Assembly: GCF_006345805.1 (NCBI RefSeq)
Contig: NC_043009.1
Location: 2,852,001-2,916,000 of the forward strand
Direction: 5' to 3'
Origin: Octopus sinensis
Taxonomy: Eukaryota
DNA: 64,000 nt
Shown: positions 37,321-52,248 of the stretch, one piece after another
How the letters are laid out: each line of letters begins with the position of its first letter
How positions within the stretch are numbered: the stretch's first letter is position 1
Position numbers and translations under genes: made by a program
Notes under the pieces: model-generated
What the model was told of the DNA's origin: nothing
The model's input: the letters and a program-made list of their open reading frames with translations, nothing else
Database searches by the model: none

Positions 37321-40300
37321 CTGTACTTTTGTGATGGATTCGTTATTCTTTTCTCTTTACTTTCGTGAGTTGGGAGTATTGATGCCTGGAGGATATCTTA
37401 TGGTAGTGAAATAGTAGTTTAACTGCTATTTCTAAATTTCAACTAGATCTCATTATGCAAACATACAGTTACATAACCAAGTACCTGTATTCTTTTAGAA
37501 CTACTTCGCGTCGAAACAATTGTAGGGAATAATAGATAAATGTGCAACCCTGCTCTTTCTTTCTGACCCCATTTTATTCACACACACACATACACACATA
37601 CACACACACACACGCACACACACATACATATACACACACATGTATATGGTCATTAATAGGATACTTTTTGTCCACATGCTCGTAGCAGTTTTCACATATA
37701 TTTGAGTGTAGATACCAAGGTATATGCATCCATACTTCTAATAAAATACACTACATATACTCAAGATTCTGCTGCAAGCATTTTTATCCACTAATATCGA
37801 AAAAGTTTATTTTCTGGTAATCTACCTGCTTTCTATCTCTCTCTGTATCGCTCACCCCTTTTCTATCTGTTGGTCTCTGTCTCTGCCTCTGTCTTTCTCC
37901 CTTTCTCTCTTTGGATGTATCCATATTCTTTCCTACATGTATGTACGTTCGCATCCCTCACACACATATTATTCAATTCAAAAACATAAATTATCCCTTT
38001 CATATTCTCTCTACGTGTATTTGGAATGAGTCTCTCCTCCGACTGGCAATGTAGTCTACGTGTTTGAGATAACGCGTACTCTCCTCTAGGACGTCATATG
38101 CGATTTATTGTTTCTTACTTAAACTGAGTGACAGGTTATGTGTGCCACACCAAGAATTAGTGTCAAAATTGCAGTGAAAATAATGCCAGTGCTTCCTGTA
38201 TATTTATCGATCCTAGAAACTATATGTATAAAGAAAAGAAATGCGACCATACTATAGAATATACGTAGTGGCTAATATCTCATTCATTATAGACCAAAAT
38301 GGGAATTCTAAAAGATAAAAATCCCTATCACTAACGTGGGTTTGTGAAGTAAGGTAGTTAGGACAATGATAATATGCATATATATTAAGGAGAACACGAA
38401 GAGATATCTAACATTTCCTTATACAGGTCTCAACGCTACCAATCGGATAACCTCATAATTTTGACAACTTAAGACAACGTCACTACTTCCATCTGTGTGA
38501 AACAACTTTACGAAATGTAGTCCGGCGCTGTTTGAGAATAAAGTAACAAGACTTGTACCAAGAATAAACAATCAAACGCACATCTCAAAATAGTAAATAC
38601 AAAATAGTAAATACAAAATAGTAAAAAGACAAGCGTTTGGCTAATGAGATGAAAAAGAAGTGGCTAAATATTTTAAATAATGAAGTAGACGCTATGAAGA
38701 TTTCGTATGTTCAACACTCTGGATTGCTCATATCGCCGAAGAAATGGATGCATTTGTAGCTCACAATGTATTTTTCTCCAGTCTGTAACTTATCGAGAGA
38801 AAATCGTTTTAGGGAAATTCAGTATATGTCGAGCGAATTTATTTTAATAGAGCGAAAGTTAGCGGTGCGCAGGATGGGAGAAGCAAAGCAAAGAGCCTCT
38901 TCCAGTGATGGAGCAACAGTCCGTAGCTAAGTTGGAAGCGATGTGGGAAGGAGGATTAGTGATTTGGCCTCCACGGGGGATCTGCAAACTGGAGGTGTTA
39001 CCTTTCAGGGCCTAAACAACCAATGATTTTAGTATTTAGTTTCATGATATAGATTCTTCCAAGTGGTGAAAGCCACATCCAGCAGAGGTCAATGCCGAAA
39101 ATGAACTTTTTTTCGTATGACATAGCAATGCATGTCATTAATAGATTATCCAGCTGATGTAAAAGTTAATAGTACCGACATATTTCATCTTATGTTACAC
39201 AGACGCATTAACTTTCTCTCAATCGCCATGAAGTTACTACTTGACCTGCTAACAGTTTACTACTCGTAGTGACCTTATTTAACAATCACTTCGCATCAAC
39301 AATCAACTTGGTATTTTAGACTCCGTCAAATGATTCCTAAAATATCGGTAGAAACACTGGCCATAGTACTGAATCTGAACCAGCATAACTCTCAAAGTAC
39401 ACCAAAATCTATATGTATCTATAGAAGATCCCGTTGAATATCAATCGCATTGATCTGCATGTATTACGCGGCAAAGGGGGCAAGGTTCGTTATCGCATGT
39501 ATTCCTGTAAAATAGCGGCATTAAAATACACAATATTCTACATATCTAAGGATCGATTATTCCCTCTCTCACTTTCTCTATTCCACGAAATCCCTCTCTC
39601 CATCTCCCCCCTCTATCTCTCCTTTTCTACACACACGCACAGACACACACACATACACTTGTATGTGTGTGTCTGTATGTATGTATGCATGCCTGTATAG
39701 AATATATGTATGTGTATGTATGTATGTGTGTATGTAGTTATGTATGTATGTATGTATGTATATACAACCGTGCAGCGTGCGCGTTCATTAGACTCAAACT
39801 GTGTTGCTATGTGTCTTATGTAAAATATTGTAAAAATATTAAGTTTCATTTTCATAGGAAACTTAAAATTCTATCCATGGAATAATTGAATGGAAAACTA
39901 CAGCGATAAAAAAGAAATATATATATATATATATTTTACTAGATGTAATATCTTGTCATGTATTGATCTAGTCTGTCATATAAAAATCATATTTTATCAA
40001 CAATCATTAACCGGTTGCTTAGTTACATCTTCCTCAAAATTATGTCAGTTGACAACAAAACTGTTACTGCGATGTGAATGGTATCTCAGAAACGCATTGT
40101 TTAAATAATTATATATATATATATATGTGTGTATGTGTGTGTGTGTAATCATTTTCAACAAACATTCTCTGGGATCTGCTTGTATGTTTATATAATCGAA
40201 AATATATTTGTTTCTTTGATTATTTTAATGTCTTACACTGTATAAAATGAACTGTTCGCCTTCAGAAAAGCATAGCTCATGCATACATGGGCAGACATAC

Positions 40301-40362
40301 GCTATACATATTCGTAGGCTCAAATATACATACATGTGCATATGCACATACCCACATGTAAG

Positions 40363-40398
<36 letters not shown>

Positions 40399-40404
40399 CA
40401 AAAA

Positions 40405-40570
40405 AAAAAGTCGCAGACAGGTGGTGTAAGCAACAAACAGATATATTAGTTTAACGCTCGGAAAGTGAAAAAGTGTTTAACGTTTCGAGCCTATGCTCTT
40501 CCACAGAAAGAAGCACACAAAGAAACAAGGAGAGAAGAAAAATACAGAATGTTTAGTGGCTAGCGATTTT
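40405..40570 (-). mobile_element. Family A repeat with HHR-like motif (40474-40511)
   Basis: Minus strand TCTTT-CTGTGGA-A-GAGC-atag-GCTC-GAAAC-GTT-AAACA; body homologous to 3361-3525. Confidence 0.7.
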
Positions 40571-40684
40571 GCTTGTTGCTTGGTGACTTAGGAAAAGTTC
40601 TATACGAATATCGTAACCCAAACGTCTTCTATTTACATAATATCGAGGTCTCATTCATTCTTTTGTTGTCTTGCCATCTCTATC

Positions 40685-40761
<77 letters not shown>

Positions 40762-40869
40762 GTGTGTGTGTATGCATATAATGCAGGCAAATTTATATGC
40801 ATATATACATATACATGTACGTAAATATATAGATGAATACATACATGACATGTATATAAATATATATAT

Positions 40870-40912
<43 letters not shown>

Positions 40913-40940
40913 CATACATATATACATATGTTACTACTAC

Positions 40941-41274
40941 AGTTACGACGACGAGGGTTCTATTTGGTCCGATCAACGGAACAACCTGCTCGTAAAGTTC
41001 ACGTGCAAGTAGCTGAACTCTCCACAGACACGTGTACCTTTAACGTAGTTCTCGTCGTTGGCTCGTTTGAAAAACAGAAACAGGAAGTAAGTGTAGAGAA
41101 AGTTGTGATGAAAGATTTCAGCAAAGTTCACCATCACTTGCTGCCGGAACATCGTGGAGATTTAAGTGTTTTCGCACAATAACCACAGCGCCTCGTCTGG
41201 GAATCGAAACTGCGATATTATGACTGCGAGTCCGCTGTCCTCACCACTGGACCACTGGGCCATTGCGCCTCCAC
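40941..41274 (-). mobile_element. tRNA-derived SINE family S3
   Basis: Head gcgcaatggcccagtgg...gacagcggactcgcagtc...gcagtttcgattcccagacg and tail ccgttgatcggacc...aaccctcgtcgtcgtaac. Confidence 0.8.
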
Positions 41275-41284
41275 TATATATATT

Positions 41285-41495
41285 AAAAATGTTACCGCGT
41301 GTGTACCATTGGCGATTTTTTCCCTCCGACTTCCCTTCCTTGGATCTTTCCTTTTCCTATGTTTCTGACGAATAGCTCCGCTCGAAACTTTAAATCCCCC
41401 TTCTTTCTTTTCCTGAGCGTCCAATAACACTATACTTGTTCCACGTCCTCGAGTTGATGTGTTTTCTCTTTGTGTTTTCATGTTTGTATCAACTT
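41285..41495 (+). mobile_element. Repeat family B (related to A) with a decayed minimal HHR (41361-41395)
   Basis: GTTT-CTGACGA-A-TAGC-tcc-GCTC-GAAAC-TTT-AAAT; TA repeats on both flanks. Confidence 0.55.
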
Positions 41496-42168
41496 TATAT
41501 ATATATATATAATATATATATATAATATATATATATATATATGTCTGTGTCTGTGTATGTATATGTGCGTGTAAGTGTATGCATGCTATGTATATACATG
41601 ATTTGCCTATAGATAGTAGGTTTTTCAATTTTTTATGACGAGGTGGTATTAACAAATTGAATTTGAATTTGAATTTGAGAAATAACGACGAAAAAGACGC
41701 ATAAGATGACAAAACGTTTACGTTTATTCACTGAGACGTTATTGCAATTTTCAGTTTATAGTAATCACGTGCAGCGTTATTTCATTTTTACAAATCATGA
41801 GCAGGATATAACATGCTATTCATTAATTAATACGAAATGGCGCATATCATGAAGGATGAAAATAATTACAGTTCAGAGGAAGTTCTGGGAGGATTTTCTT
41901 TTTAAATTTATTTCTTTTCTTCGCAGTAAATTAGCAATAAGAAACAGAGAGAAATGAAAGAACGTACATATGTAGTGTTTACATACAGAATATCAATTTA
42001 TTCCAGGAGACTTCTACCTTGTGAATAAGTCGAACTGTAGCGGTTAATTACATCTTTAGTTACAAAAACTCAACCAGCCGTTTCCCGATATATTCTAAGC
42101 AGAACAGACAATCTTTCCCAGCCGTCTTCTCATGTTAGTAATATATACTTGCATACAAGTACATGCAT

Positions 42169-42223
<55 letters not shown>

Positions 42224-42330
42224 TTATATATATATATATATATGATAGATATATAGATATATATTTATACATATATATATATATATATATATAATATATA
42301 TATATATGATAGATATATAGATATATATTT

Positions 42331-42383
<53 letters not shown>

Positions 42384-43022
42384 GTTTATATATTTGTTGT
42401 GCAAGATTTTTTTATGTGAAGTCGTGTGCTGAAACATATATTGTTATATTTCGGAATGGTCATTTTGCCAGTTTAGCCAATAAAAACACACGCACTATAT
42501 ATTTGGTGTTATTTTGCTTCAGTGTTATTTATTTTTTACATTAATATTAATCTTATTTCGGCTAGAGTTCTTTCGTCACACTCCTGTGACCGCATCAGTG
42601 GTGCTTTGTTTTCTTCTTTCTTATTTGTGTCTCTCCCTACTAACCGTCAGCCATTTTGTATTTCTATTGTATGTCTTCATTTGCGCATGCTTGTATCTCT
42701 ATGTGCGTCATGTTTATTTAGTGTGTGTGGGGATGACTGTAATATTTGTATCTTCTGTTTACATACGTTCATGCAATTTGTTTTTGTTGTTGTTTTTGTT
42801 TATTCTTATTTTGTTCATGTGTTTACATCCACTTATTATTATCATTATATATGCTTGTATGTATGTATGTTTGTATAAAAACAAACTAGTAATAATAATA
42901 ATAAATCAAAAAACAAACTGCCCTGTTTTTGATGTTGAAATCCCAGAGCCTTGGATCTAGGTTAGAAACTGGTTCTCTCCCTATTGGCAAGAAATATTGA
43001 AATAAATTAAATAAAATACAAA

Positions 43023-43865
43023 CAGGGTGCGGTGAATAAACTGTCGTCTAAAGTACACAAACATGAAATTAATAGACATGTCATTTTAGCACATATATTT
43101 ATTAAAATTACATAAAAAAAATATATTCAAGAAATTTATTCGATAAAATCGCATTTGACTTCAACCATGGCCCCCTGACGAGTTCGGAATCTCCTGCAAC
43201 TCTTCTGGACAGTCTCCTTGTTTACGTTGTTGGATACTGCCAAGATCCTTGACTTCACTTCATCATTTGTTGATCTCTCGCGCAACTGCGCTTCACACAT
43301 AATAATCAAGTGGGTTTGCAGTCTGGGGAGTTAGGTGGCCAGATACTATAGGTGGTGTGGTTGCAGAAATTGTCTAACAGCTATGACTGGGTTCTTCTGT
43401 TCATGTGGCATGGTGCAGAGTCCTGTTATCAGACATAGGTTCTTCATCCAGAGCCGATACTGCCTCCTCCAGTCACTGAATGTAAGTCTCCGAGTTGAGT
43501 CGAGGCTGTGTGGGAAGTTGAATGGAGGCATAACTTCGCTATCAGTAGTGATCACTCCAAACACCATGATGGTGACTGGATGTTGATTTTTTATCCCGTT
43601 TGGTATGTCCTCAATTTGCACTTTCCTCCGAGTGGCACCCAAACACACTGAAATATTCGTATTGAAGCGCTCCGGCGGGAATGCCAACCAGCACAGCATG
43701 GCGATTAAAAAATTCTGGCTGAGTGAATTGCTTCATGGGGCTGCTTTTGTTAAAGACGGTGACCAAATGAACCTACCACTCTGTGTAGACGACTAAATCG
43801 AAAGCAAACAATGCGCATGTGCAAAATAAGAAAATATAAATTAGCGAAAATTTACCCATCGCACC

Positions 43866-43868
<3 letters not shown>
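43023..43868 (-). mobile_element. Internally deleted Tc1/mariner-superfamily element, maT/DD37D-like
   Basis: TIRs cagggtgcggtgaataaact and aaatttacccatcgcaccctg-TA. Peptides KNQHPVTIMVFGVITTDSEVMPPFNFPH and IWPPNSPDC. Confidence 0.85.
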
Positions 43869-43940
<72 letters not shown>

Positions 43941-44377
43941 CACACACACACACACACACACACACATAAATATATACATATATTGAGAGAGAAAAAGAGA
44001 AAGAGAGAGCGACACTGATTCAAATTATTTTTTCGTGCTTTGGGTTTGATAATTTTCGCAGTAAAAGTTTTATAGTTCCAAAGCACTCCTTTAGGATGAA
44101 TGAACTCTATTATTATATAACACATATAGTGATATAATAGATGTTATACAATAATAGCGTTCATTTAAAATATATCATTCGCTGAATCGGTGCAATTTAA
44201 TATAATTGTGATTCATAATATTAATTCGTGTTCTGTGGTAAGGAGAAATTCCAAGGGAGGTAATCAGATGTTTGACAAGTCAGCTAATAACATAATGTAG
44301 GTATTAGAGGTATTTGCAGAATAAGAATTTATCCTATCTATGCATGTATCACTTTTCTCGTCTCGTTTATATATATA

Positions 44378-44428
<51 letters not shown>

Positions 44429-45444
44429 GGTGAGTCTGTGAGTCGTCTAAGAGAGCATAAGTCAGGGAGAAGATGCACTCGTATATCTGCCAATAGAGTG
44501 GGTAGGTTATAGTATGCGAAATCGACAATTAACAATCCGTTTCGCGCAACGAATACAAAGGAATGTTAGGTAACAATCCGATTAAATACTCTTAGTGACG
44601 AGCGTAAAGTTATATAGACGGATTCTTAACTAATACTCCAGTCTATTCGCTGCACGAAACTGCTTATTAAGATCAGCCTTGATGGATATATAAAACTTTA
44701 ATTTCAGATAACACACACACACACATATATATGTATACATATATATATATATGCAATTTTATAGATGTGTGAATATGTAATATACGTATGCCTACACATG
44801 TGTGCGCGCAACTTTGACTGTGCGTAAACAATTATTCATTGAAAGCTATCACTTTGTTTATATAATATTATATTATAGTGTTAAATCCATTGTAAATCGA
44901 TATAATGAAATAAACAATAAACTTAGTACATTTTGCATGAAAATACATTAGCATTGTATTTGTAAGGATTTATACTCAGTTTTAAGTTATATATAAGGGA
45001 ATTCACAAGATATCTGTACTAACTTTATACACTCGAAACAAGAGTCTTTGAAATACGCCTAATGTAGTGTTTGAGTGTATAAACTAGAATTGCATGCATT
45101 CAACTCTATGCGGCTTTTGATGGAAGCAACATATGTCCTTTCAATATATAGGTATATATATATATATATATATTATACATGCATATATATGTATAGATGT
45201 ACATGTATGTGTGTGTTTGTGTGTGAGAATTACATATTTGAATATGTATATTTACATAAATTTAAATAAGTACAATTCTGTATTTGTGTTTGCGTGTACG
45301 TGAACAACATAAGCGCGTACAAAATATATATATTTCAATATGATTTGAATTGTTTTCATGTGTCACTCGACTCTCATTCTCACTCATGCACCCTCTTTCT
45401 CTTTCTCTCTCTCCCTCTCTTTCTCTGTCCATATATATATATAT

Positions 45445-45487
<43 letters not shown>

Positions 45488-45820
45488 TACGTATATATAT
45501 ATATATATATATATATGGGTGAGCTGCTCCTATTGGGGTTTTTATTTGTCCTCCAACACCGCTTGGGCCCCGGTGATTCTTTGTCCACGTACCAATAACA
45601 TAGCGTTTCAGCCATTAGAAACTTATAAGAAAAGCATCAGGCTTAAAAATTAAGTCTATTTCTTCGTCTAAACCGCTCAAAGTTTTACACTTTATGATCG
45701 CAGTCCAATAAAGAAACAAAAGATATATAACTTGTGTGCGCGCGATTTTGCTTGTAAGAGATTATATACATTGAATTATAAATGCATAAATTAATACATA
45801 AATATGATAAATAAATGAAT

Positions 45821-45998
45821 AGGAGTGGCTGTGTGGTAAGTAGCTTGCTTACGAACCAAATGGTTTCGAGTTCAACCGCACTGCGTTGCAGCTTGGGCAA
45901 ATATCTTCTACTATAGCCTCGGGCCTACCAATGTCTTGTGAGTGGATTTTTGTAGACAGAAACTGAAAGAAGCCCGTCGTATATATGTACGTATATAT

Positions 45999-46080
<82 letters not shown>

Positions 46081-46273
46081 ATATGTGTCTGTGTTTGTCC
46101 CCCAACATCGCCTGATAACCAATACTGGTGTTTTTACATCCCCGTAACTTAGCGGTTCGGCACAAGAATCCGATAGAATAAGTCCTGGTGTCGATTTGCT
46201 CGACTAAAGGCAGTGCTCCAGCATTGCCACATTCAACTGACTGAAACAAGTAAAAGAGTAAAAGATTAAAGAG
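45821..46273 (+). mobile_element. Full-length SINE family S2 with expanded internal microsatellite
   Basis: Head aggagtggctgtgtggtaagtagcttgc through tail actgaaacaagtaaaagagtaaaag. Confidence 0.88.
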
Positions 46274-47584
46274 AGGGACATGCAAACCTGGATTCCGGAC
46301 GCTTAGCATAGCAAAAATCGTCTATGAATTGTTATGTGTCTTAAAAACTTGAAGAAGACAGTAATACTCCCATAAATCGAAGCCCATCTTGGACTCGTGA
46401 ACGATACATTACATCACACTTCAAAGATTTTGAACTTACAATCCAATAACAGAGAATCGCTGCTGAGTACGTAATAAACATTATAGAGCGCGTAGACTTT
46501 GGAGCTCTGTATCGCAATCGAAAATGTAGATCATGCCATATAATAGTGATTAGCAGCTGTCGATAAACGTTTTGAAGTTATTACTCGTTCTGCGACTTTG
46601 TCGCAAAATGCAATATTCAGTGCCATCTGAAAAAAAAAAGACCGCTCCGGAATAAATTTAAAGAAACACCTGTTCCTCAATATGTACCCAACCATCAGCA
46701 CAAGGGAAATGAGTAGGACATTGAAACCAAAATATCTACCGAGTACGAGCATAACAGGCCGTGTAATTTTGTTTGGGGCAGACAAGGAGAATTATGTACC
46801 GTCATCAAGATCATCTGCTTTGTAGATGTGAATAAGAACTTTGAAACAAAGAGGAAGACAATAATTATCAACAACTGCTTCGAAACGTACATCTGTCTAT
46901 ATCCGAATTACAAATTTGCATTTATACCAATAATAAATGGTGCTCTGATTTTTCTGATGAAATCTCTAACTGGCAGTGTAGATAAGCTTGGATCTTCAGA
47001 ATAAGAAATCAACCAACAAACTCGCACATTACAAGTGCAACCATCAAGTGGAACAGTATATATATGCAAGACTTTTCTCAAATTTAAAATGTGGTTTTGT
47101 TTTTGTTATCTACATTCCAATCTTATGAATCTTTGTCTGAGGCCAGCTCCTTTCTCAGACGATGAATTTAAATGATTTGAAACAGAAGAGTACATACATA
47201 CTTGCATACATACATACATACATACATACATACATACATACATACATACATACATACATAAATACATATAATATGAAATACGAGAACAGGATTCAAATTG
47301 CCAAGGGGGAAAATGCAGAACAGATATATATATGTATTAACATATACATATATGGGGCCATGTATGTCTGTGTTTGAGTGTGTCTGTGAATAGGTGTATC
47401 TTCGTGTGTATTACTCTGCAGATGACTGAGATTGGAGAGTAAACTTTTATCCTATTCTGATGCAATCATTATATCCACGTCACTGAACGTACCTTTTATT
47501 TCATTTTTGATGAAGAAACAACTTAAAAATTACATTTACCAACATACATATTTATACATACCTAGACACGAATACACAATAAAG

Positions 47585-47729
47585 ATCTCTGTCTATGTGC
47601 GCGCGAGTGTGTGTGTGTGTGTGGTGTGTGTGTGTGTGTGTGTGTATGTGTGTGTGTGTGTGTGTGTTGTGTGTGTGTGTGTGTGTGTGTATGTGTGTGT
47701 GTGTGTGTGTGTGTGTTCGTGTGTGTATG
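47585..47729. repeat. (GT)n microsatellite
   Basis: Direct reading. Confidence 0.95.
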
Positions 47730-48338
47730 TGTCAAAATTTGTTGTCTTACTAAGATTTTGTCTTTGCAAGCGATCGATGGCAACAAGTAAAAATATGAAA
47801 GTATATTTTGTATTAGTCCCTAGTCGCTATTATTATATAACATCTATTATATCACTTTCTACTGCTACACTCCAATCCTCATTGCTTTAGGTTCTACAAG
47901 TACAAAATCTATTACATCTAAGTTTAAAATTTGCTCTCTTTTATTTTCGTTTTTCATTTTATATCTTCTTTTTATAGACTAAGTATGATATTTAAAAATT
48001 GTATTTTCGTTTGTCATGAACATTTGTCAAACAGAAAGTAAAATGAAACAACACAGAATTATATAGTAAATAAATAAACAAATAATACGATCTCGAAATA
48101 TAAACGAAGTTATACTGAAATAAAATTTTATAAAACTTTCAAACATTTTCCATTGCTTACACATCGTAATGCCAGTGGATTTATTTTTAAATTTAATTTT
48201 TATGAGTCATATTTCTATTTCAGTTACCAAATGTTATATCGGTGGAAAACAGACTATGTGTATGTATATATGTATCTATTTATGTATAGAATTGTGTTTG
48301 TATGTGTAGGTATGCATCTATCTCTCAACCCCATCTGC

Positions 48339-48389
<51 letters not shown>

Positions 48390-50199
48390 ATATACACATA
48401 CACATATATACATACACACATATATACATACACACATATATATATATATGTGTATGTATATATATATGTGTGCATGTTTGTATGCATATATGTATTTATA
48501 TATACATAAGAATATTACACTTATATATGCTCATATAATATCTATTTTTTACATACAAATGTACATTTATCTATCTCTTTGTATTTGTATGTTTATATAT
48601 ATGTGTGTGTGTGTGTTTGTGTGTGTTTAACTAGCCTAAAAGCCGCTCGGTAGGGTGGCCTTTACGGTAGCCCCTGTGGAGGGCTCTCCATTGGGCCTTG
48701 AGCCTTATAATGACACTTCATGCATTAAGTACATATTACATTTTTTTTAAAAAACCTGACCACTATTTTTTAAACAATGAGCAATTTTCATCAATGATAT
48801 AATATGTAGACTTGGAGCGTATTGCAAAACTTTATGATAAACAGCATTTTTTGTCTTTTCATTCGAGCAGTACAATTTCTTTTTCTCTCTAACCTCTCTC
48901 TTTCTGCTGATTGTTTCAACCATCACCATCACCAGTGCCACCACCATCGTCACCACAATATTGCACACACCATTCAGACTTCTGACTTCTCGTTACCCAA
49001 TGTCTTTTCCGGCAAGGATTTGGAAACTGATATTCTAGGTCCTAATAACTTCTGAGAATTAGTGTAGATTTTTCTTCGTTGCATTTGATAACTTTGCTTC
49101 TTCCAATATTTTCCTGTAGTGACTCGTTTATTCTTGTATAAGCCAAGTAAATTCTTGAGGTTTTCAGTCGATATCATTTACTCCAGAATTTGATTGAAAC
49201 TTCATTCTTGCCGTGAAGGAGGATGGCCGGTAGATTCACAGAATCATTGTACCATCATGCTTTTTTTACATTCTGAGTCCGTTCATGACGGGAACGAGCA
49301 TCCTCGACGATGACGGGCACATGAGAACGAACGGAGGCAAGCTATCGGTCGACGACGGAAGCAGGCGAGTGGAAGCAGCGGCGTCTGGCGGCCGCGACGG
49401 AGGTCATAAACTCGGCCGAGCGACGCTTACCCCTTTGAAGCAGTCCGGAGCGCCTTGGCGAGCGACGCTCAATTGGTGCGTGGCTGTTCTTGTCTTTCAT
49501 TCTCACGGAGTCTCTCAAATACTTCAGATGAAAATATCCAGTCTCCCATCCCGTACACTTTCCTGACAGTGTTATAAGAAACAATTGCATCATGAATTTC
49601 TCATCTAAATCTTGCATAATCATCTTATATTTTCTTTCTTTCTCATGCTGTTATCCTAACAAACATGTAATAAGGAAATTCATATTATTCATAATAGTTA
49701 CAATATTTGTTGAAACATTATTTGCCAGTATATATTTTAAAATTCTATGTATTTTCTAGATATAAAAATAAATGTGGAATTCTTTTAATAATTTTGACTG
49801 TACATTGGAAACTAGCCAAACAATGGTTAATTATATAAAACTCCTATTCTCCCTCTGATGTATTGAAGTTACAGTATGATTCATCTTATATGCTACTTTA
49901 TTAAACAAAGACGTATAACGTGCCATTTTTTCTTCATGGGTAGTGCCAAGGTTTTGTGTAAATAACAAAGGAAACAGTGCTTGGCAAAATACGAGAATTG
50001 ACACTGCAATTAACTGCTATAGAACATGTATCCAATTTTATAGCAAATGGGGATATTTTTTAAATTCTTTTCGCAGTTGCATGGTTTCTGGCTGAATTGC
50101 TCTTCGGAAGTTTCTGGATGATGAAGTCTGTACCTCTTTAGTTGACGAACAGATCGTAAGTAGAACTTGATAGTCTATGTAGAAACGTGTATTCTATCC

Positions 50200-50208
50200 A
50201 TCTATCTA

Positions 50209-50281
<73 letters not shown>

Positions 50282-50282
50282 A

Positions 50283-50327
<45 letters not shown>

Positions 50328-50357
50328 CTCTCTCTCTCTCTCTCTCCCTCTATCTAC

Positions 50358-50419
<62 letters not shown>

Positions 50420-50541
50420 GTCTGTCTATCTATGATGTATGTAAGTATCTATCAAACTGTCTGTCTATATGTGTGTCTCTCTTTCCACATGTCTGTCTGT
50501 TTGTCTATCTATTTGTTTTCTGTTGTCTGCCTGGTGGTATG

Positions 50542-50609
<68 letters not shown>

Positions 50610-50610
50610 C

Positions 50611-50672
<62 letters not shown>

Positions 50673-50673
50673 C

Positions 50674-50709
<36 letters not shown>
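50200..50709. repeat. (TCTA)n-rich tract immediately 5' of the Tx1-like LINE
   Basis: Direct reading; (TCTA)n resumes at 51691-51779. Confidence 0.95.
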
Positions 50710-51690
50710 AGGGGAGGTACGACGACGAGCTCGGGGCGAACCTGGACGTCGACGAGGAGTACCTGACCCGCCTGTTCAGGACGACTTTCGGGCCAGGGCC
50801 CATGGACAACTTCCAGAGATCCCTGGCCTGGCAGTGCTACCGAGAAGCGCTACCCGTTCGGGATAAGCTCTACAGACACGGCTCGAGAAACACGGGGCCG
50901 ACCTGCCCGAGATGCGGTCACAGCGACGAAACCGTTCTGCACGCACTCGTTCAGTGTCCAACAATTTCCGACCTGTGGGCTTATGTCGAACAACTGCTGT
51001 CACGTGTGGGACGAGTCGGTTTATCAGCTGAGTCTATCGTCAATATTGTCACGCCTCCTTCCTTCAAACGGGAAGGAAGAGCTATTTTCATCATCCTTGT
51101 GGCTATGGCGAAAGAATGTATCTGGTGGACGCGTCTGAAAGGATTGGAAACAAACACTTTCCTCTCTGGTCAATCTCTCATCAACTTCTTCAAGTACCAC
51201 TTGAAAAGGAAAGTGAGAGTAGAGAGGCAAGTTTTGTCTCGCGAATGTTTTAAAAAAAGATGGGTGAATGTAGCAACAATGGCACGTATGAATGACGAAG
51301 CCACCTTGAGCATAGTCCTATGAACCCAGAAATCGAAAACAGAGAGTTGCTTATTTGCAGAAAAAAAAAAAGAAATATAAAATGTGACTTCATTGACCGA
51401 GGTTACCGTGGTCTTTTCCGTAGGCTTTTCTTTCCACGGGTAAACCTCACCTGTCCTCCCCTTTACACTTCATATTGACATTTCTGTGATAACGATCCCT
51501 ATTGATCAATTTTTTTTCCTCTCCCCCTTTTTTTTTAACCCCACCTTTTTTGTCCTCTTTCTCTCCTTTTACGATCCCTTTTGATCGAAACTCCCCCTTC
51601 CTTTTTTTTTTTTTTAACCCTTCAAAAGAAAAGCTCTACCTTGTAATTTGTTCTATCTGTGTGCAGCCCTGTGTGGCTAATAAAGAAACA
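50710..51690 (+). mobile_element. 5'-truncated Tx1/L1-clade LINE: ORF2 C-terminus (zinc-binding CxxC...H...C) plus 3' UTR
   Basis: Uninterrupted ~200-codon frame ending at 51323: ...SLAWQCYREALPVRDKL...TCPRCGHSDETVLHALVQCPTISDLW...MAKECIWWTR...FKKRW. GC-rich. AATAAA at 51679-51684, then (TCTA)n. Confidence 0.85.
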
Positions 51691-51735
<45 letters not shown>

Positions 51736-51736
51736 G

Positions 51737-51778
<42 letters not shown>

Positions 51779-51939
51779 AAGCTATGTGATTTACCCACTC
51801 TCCTCACTCTCCCTCTCCCTCTACGTACATAATATATACATATATATGTAGTTATTCTGCAATTTCTTATTGTCCAAACACACAGATGATTTCCTCATGG
51901 TGATCAAATGTTAAACTCACTCCCTCCATGAAATCGACA

Positions 51940-52085
51940 CTACCTGTACAGGTGCACAACGTTCTGCCTGCCAAATGACGAAATGAACATAGAACAACGT
52001 TTAAATGAATCGTTTTGCCGAAGAACATCACGCAAAGCTCGTCCTGGGAATCGAAACCGTGAGTGCAATACTCTAACCACTAGCA
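51940..52085 (-). mobile_element. Decayed tRNA-SINE fragment
   Basis: ctgggaatcgaaacc...ctctaaccactag, a reverse-complement tRNA-like head. Confidence 0.55.
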
Positions 52086-52175
52086 TATACTCCTTCACAC
52101 ACACGCATACACACACACACACACACACTCACTCACACATACATATCCATTCAGATATTCACACACCCACCCAAA

Positions 52176-52248
<73 letters not shown>

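Noticed and set aside
42545-42600. Minus-strand ctgatgcggtcacaggagtgtgacgaaag
   Set aside because: Helix II is present (GUCAC/GUGAC), but A9 is altered and helices I and III cannot be formed.
45595-45645. Minus-strand cctgatgc...ggctgaaacgcta
   Set aside because: No paired helix II or helix I; compatible with chance or extreme decay.
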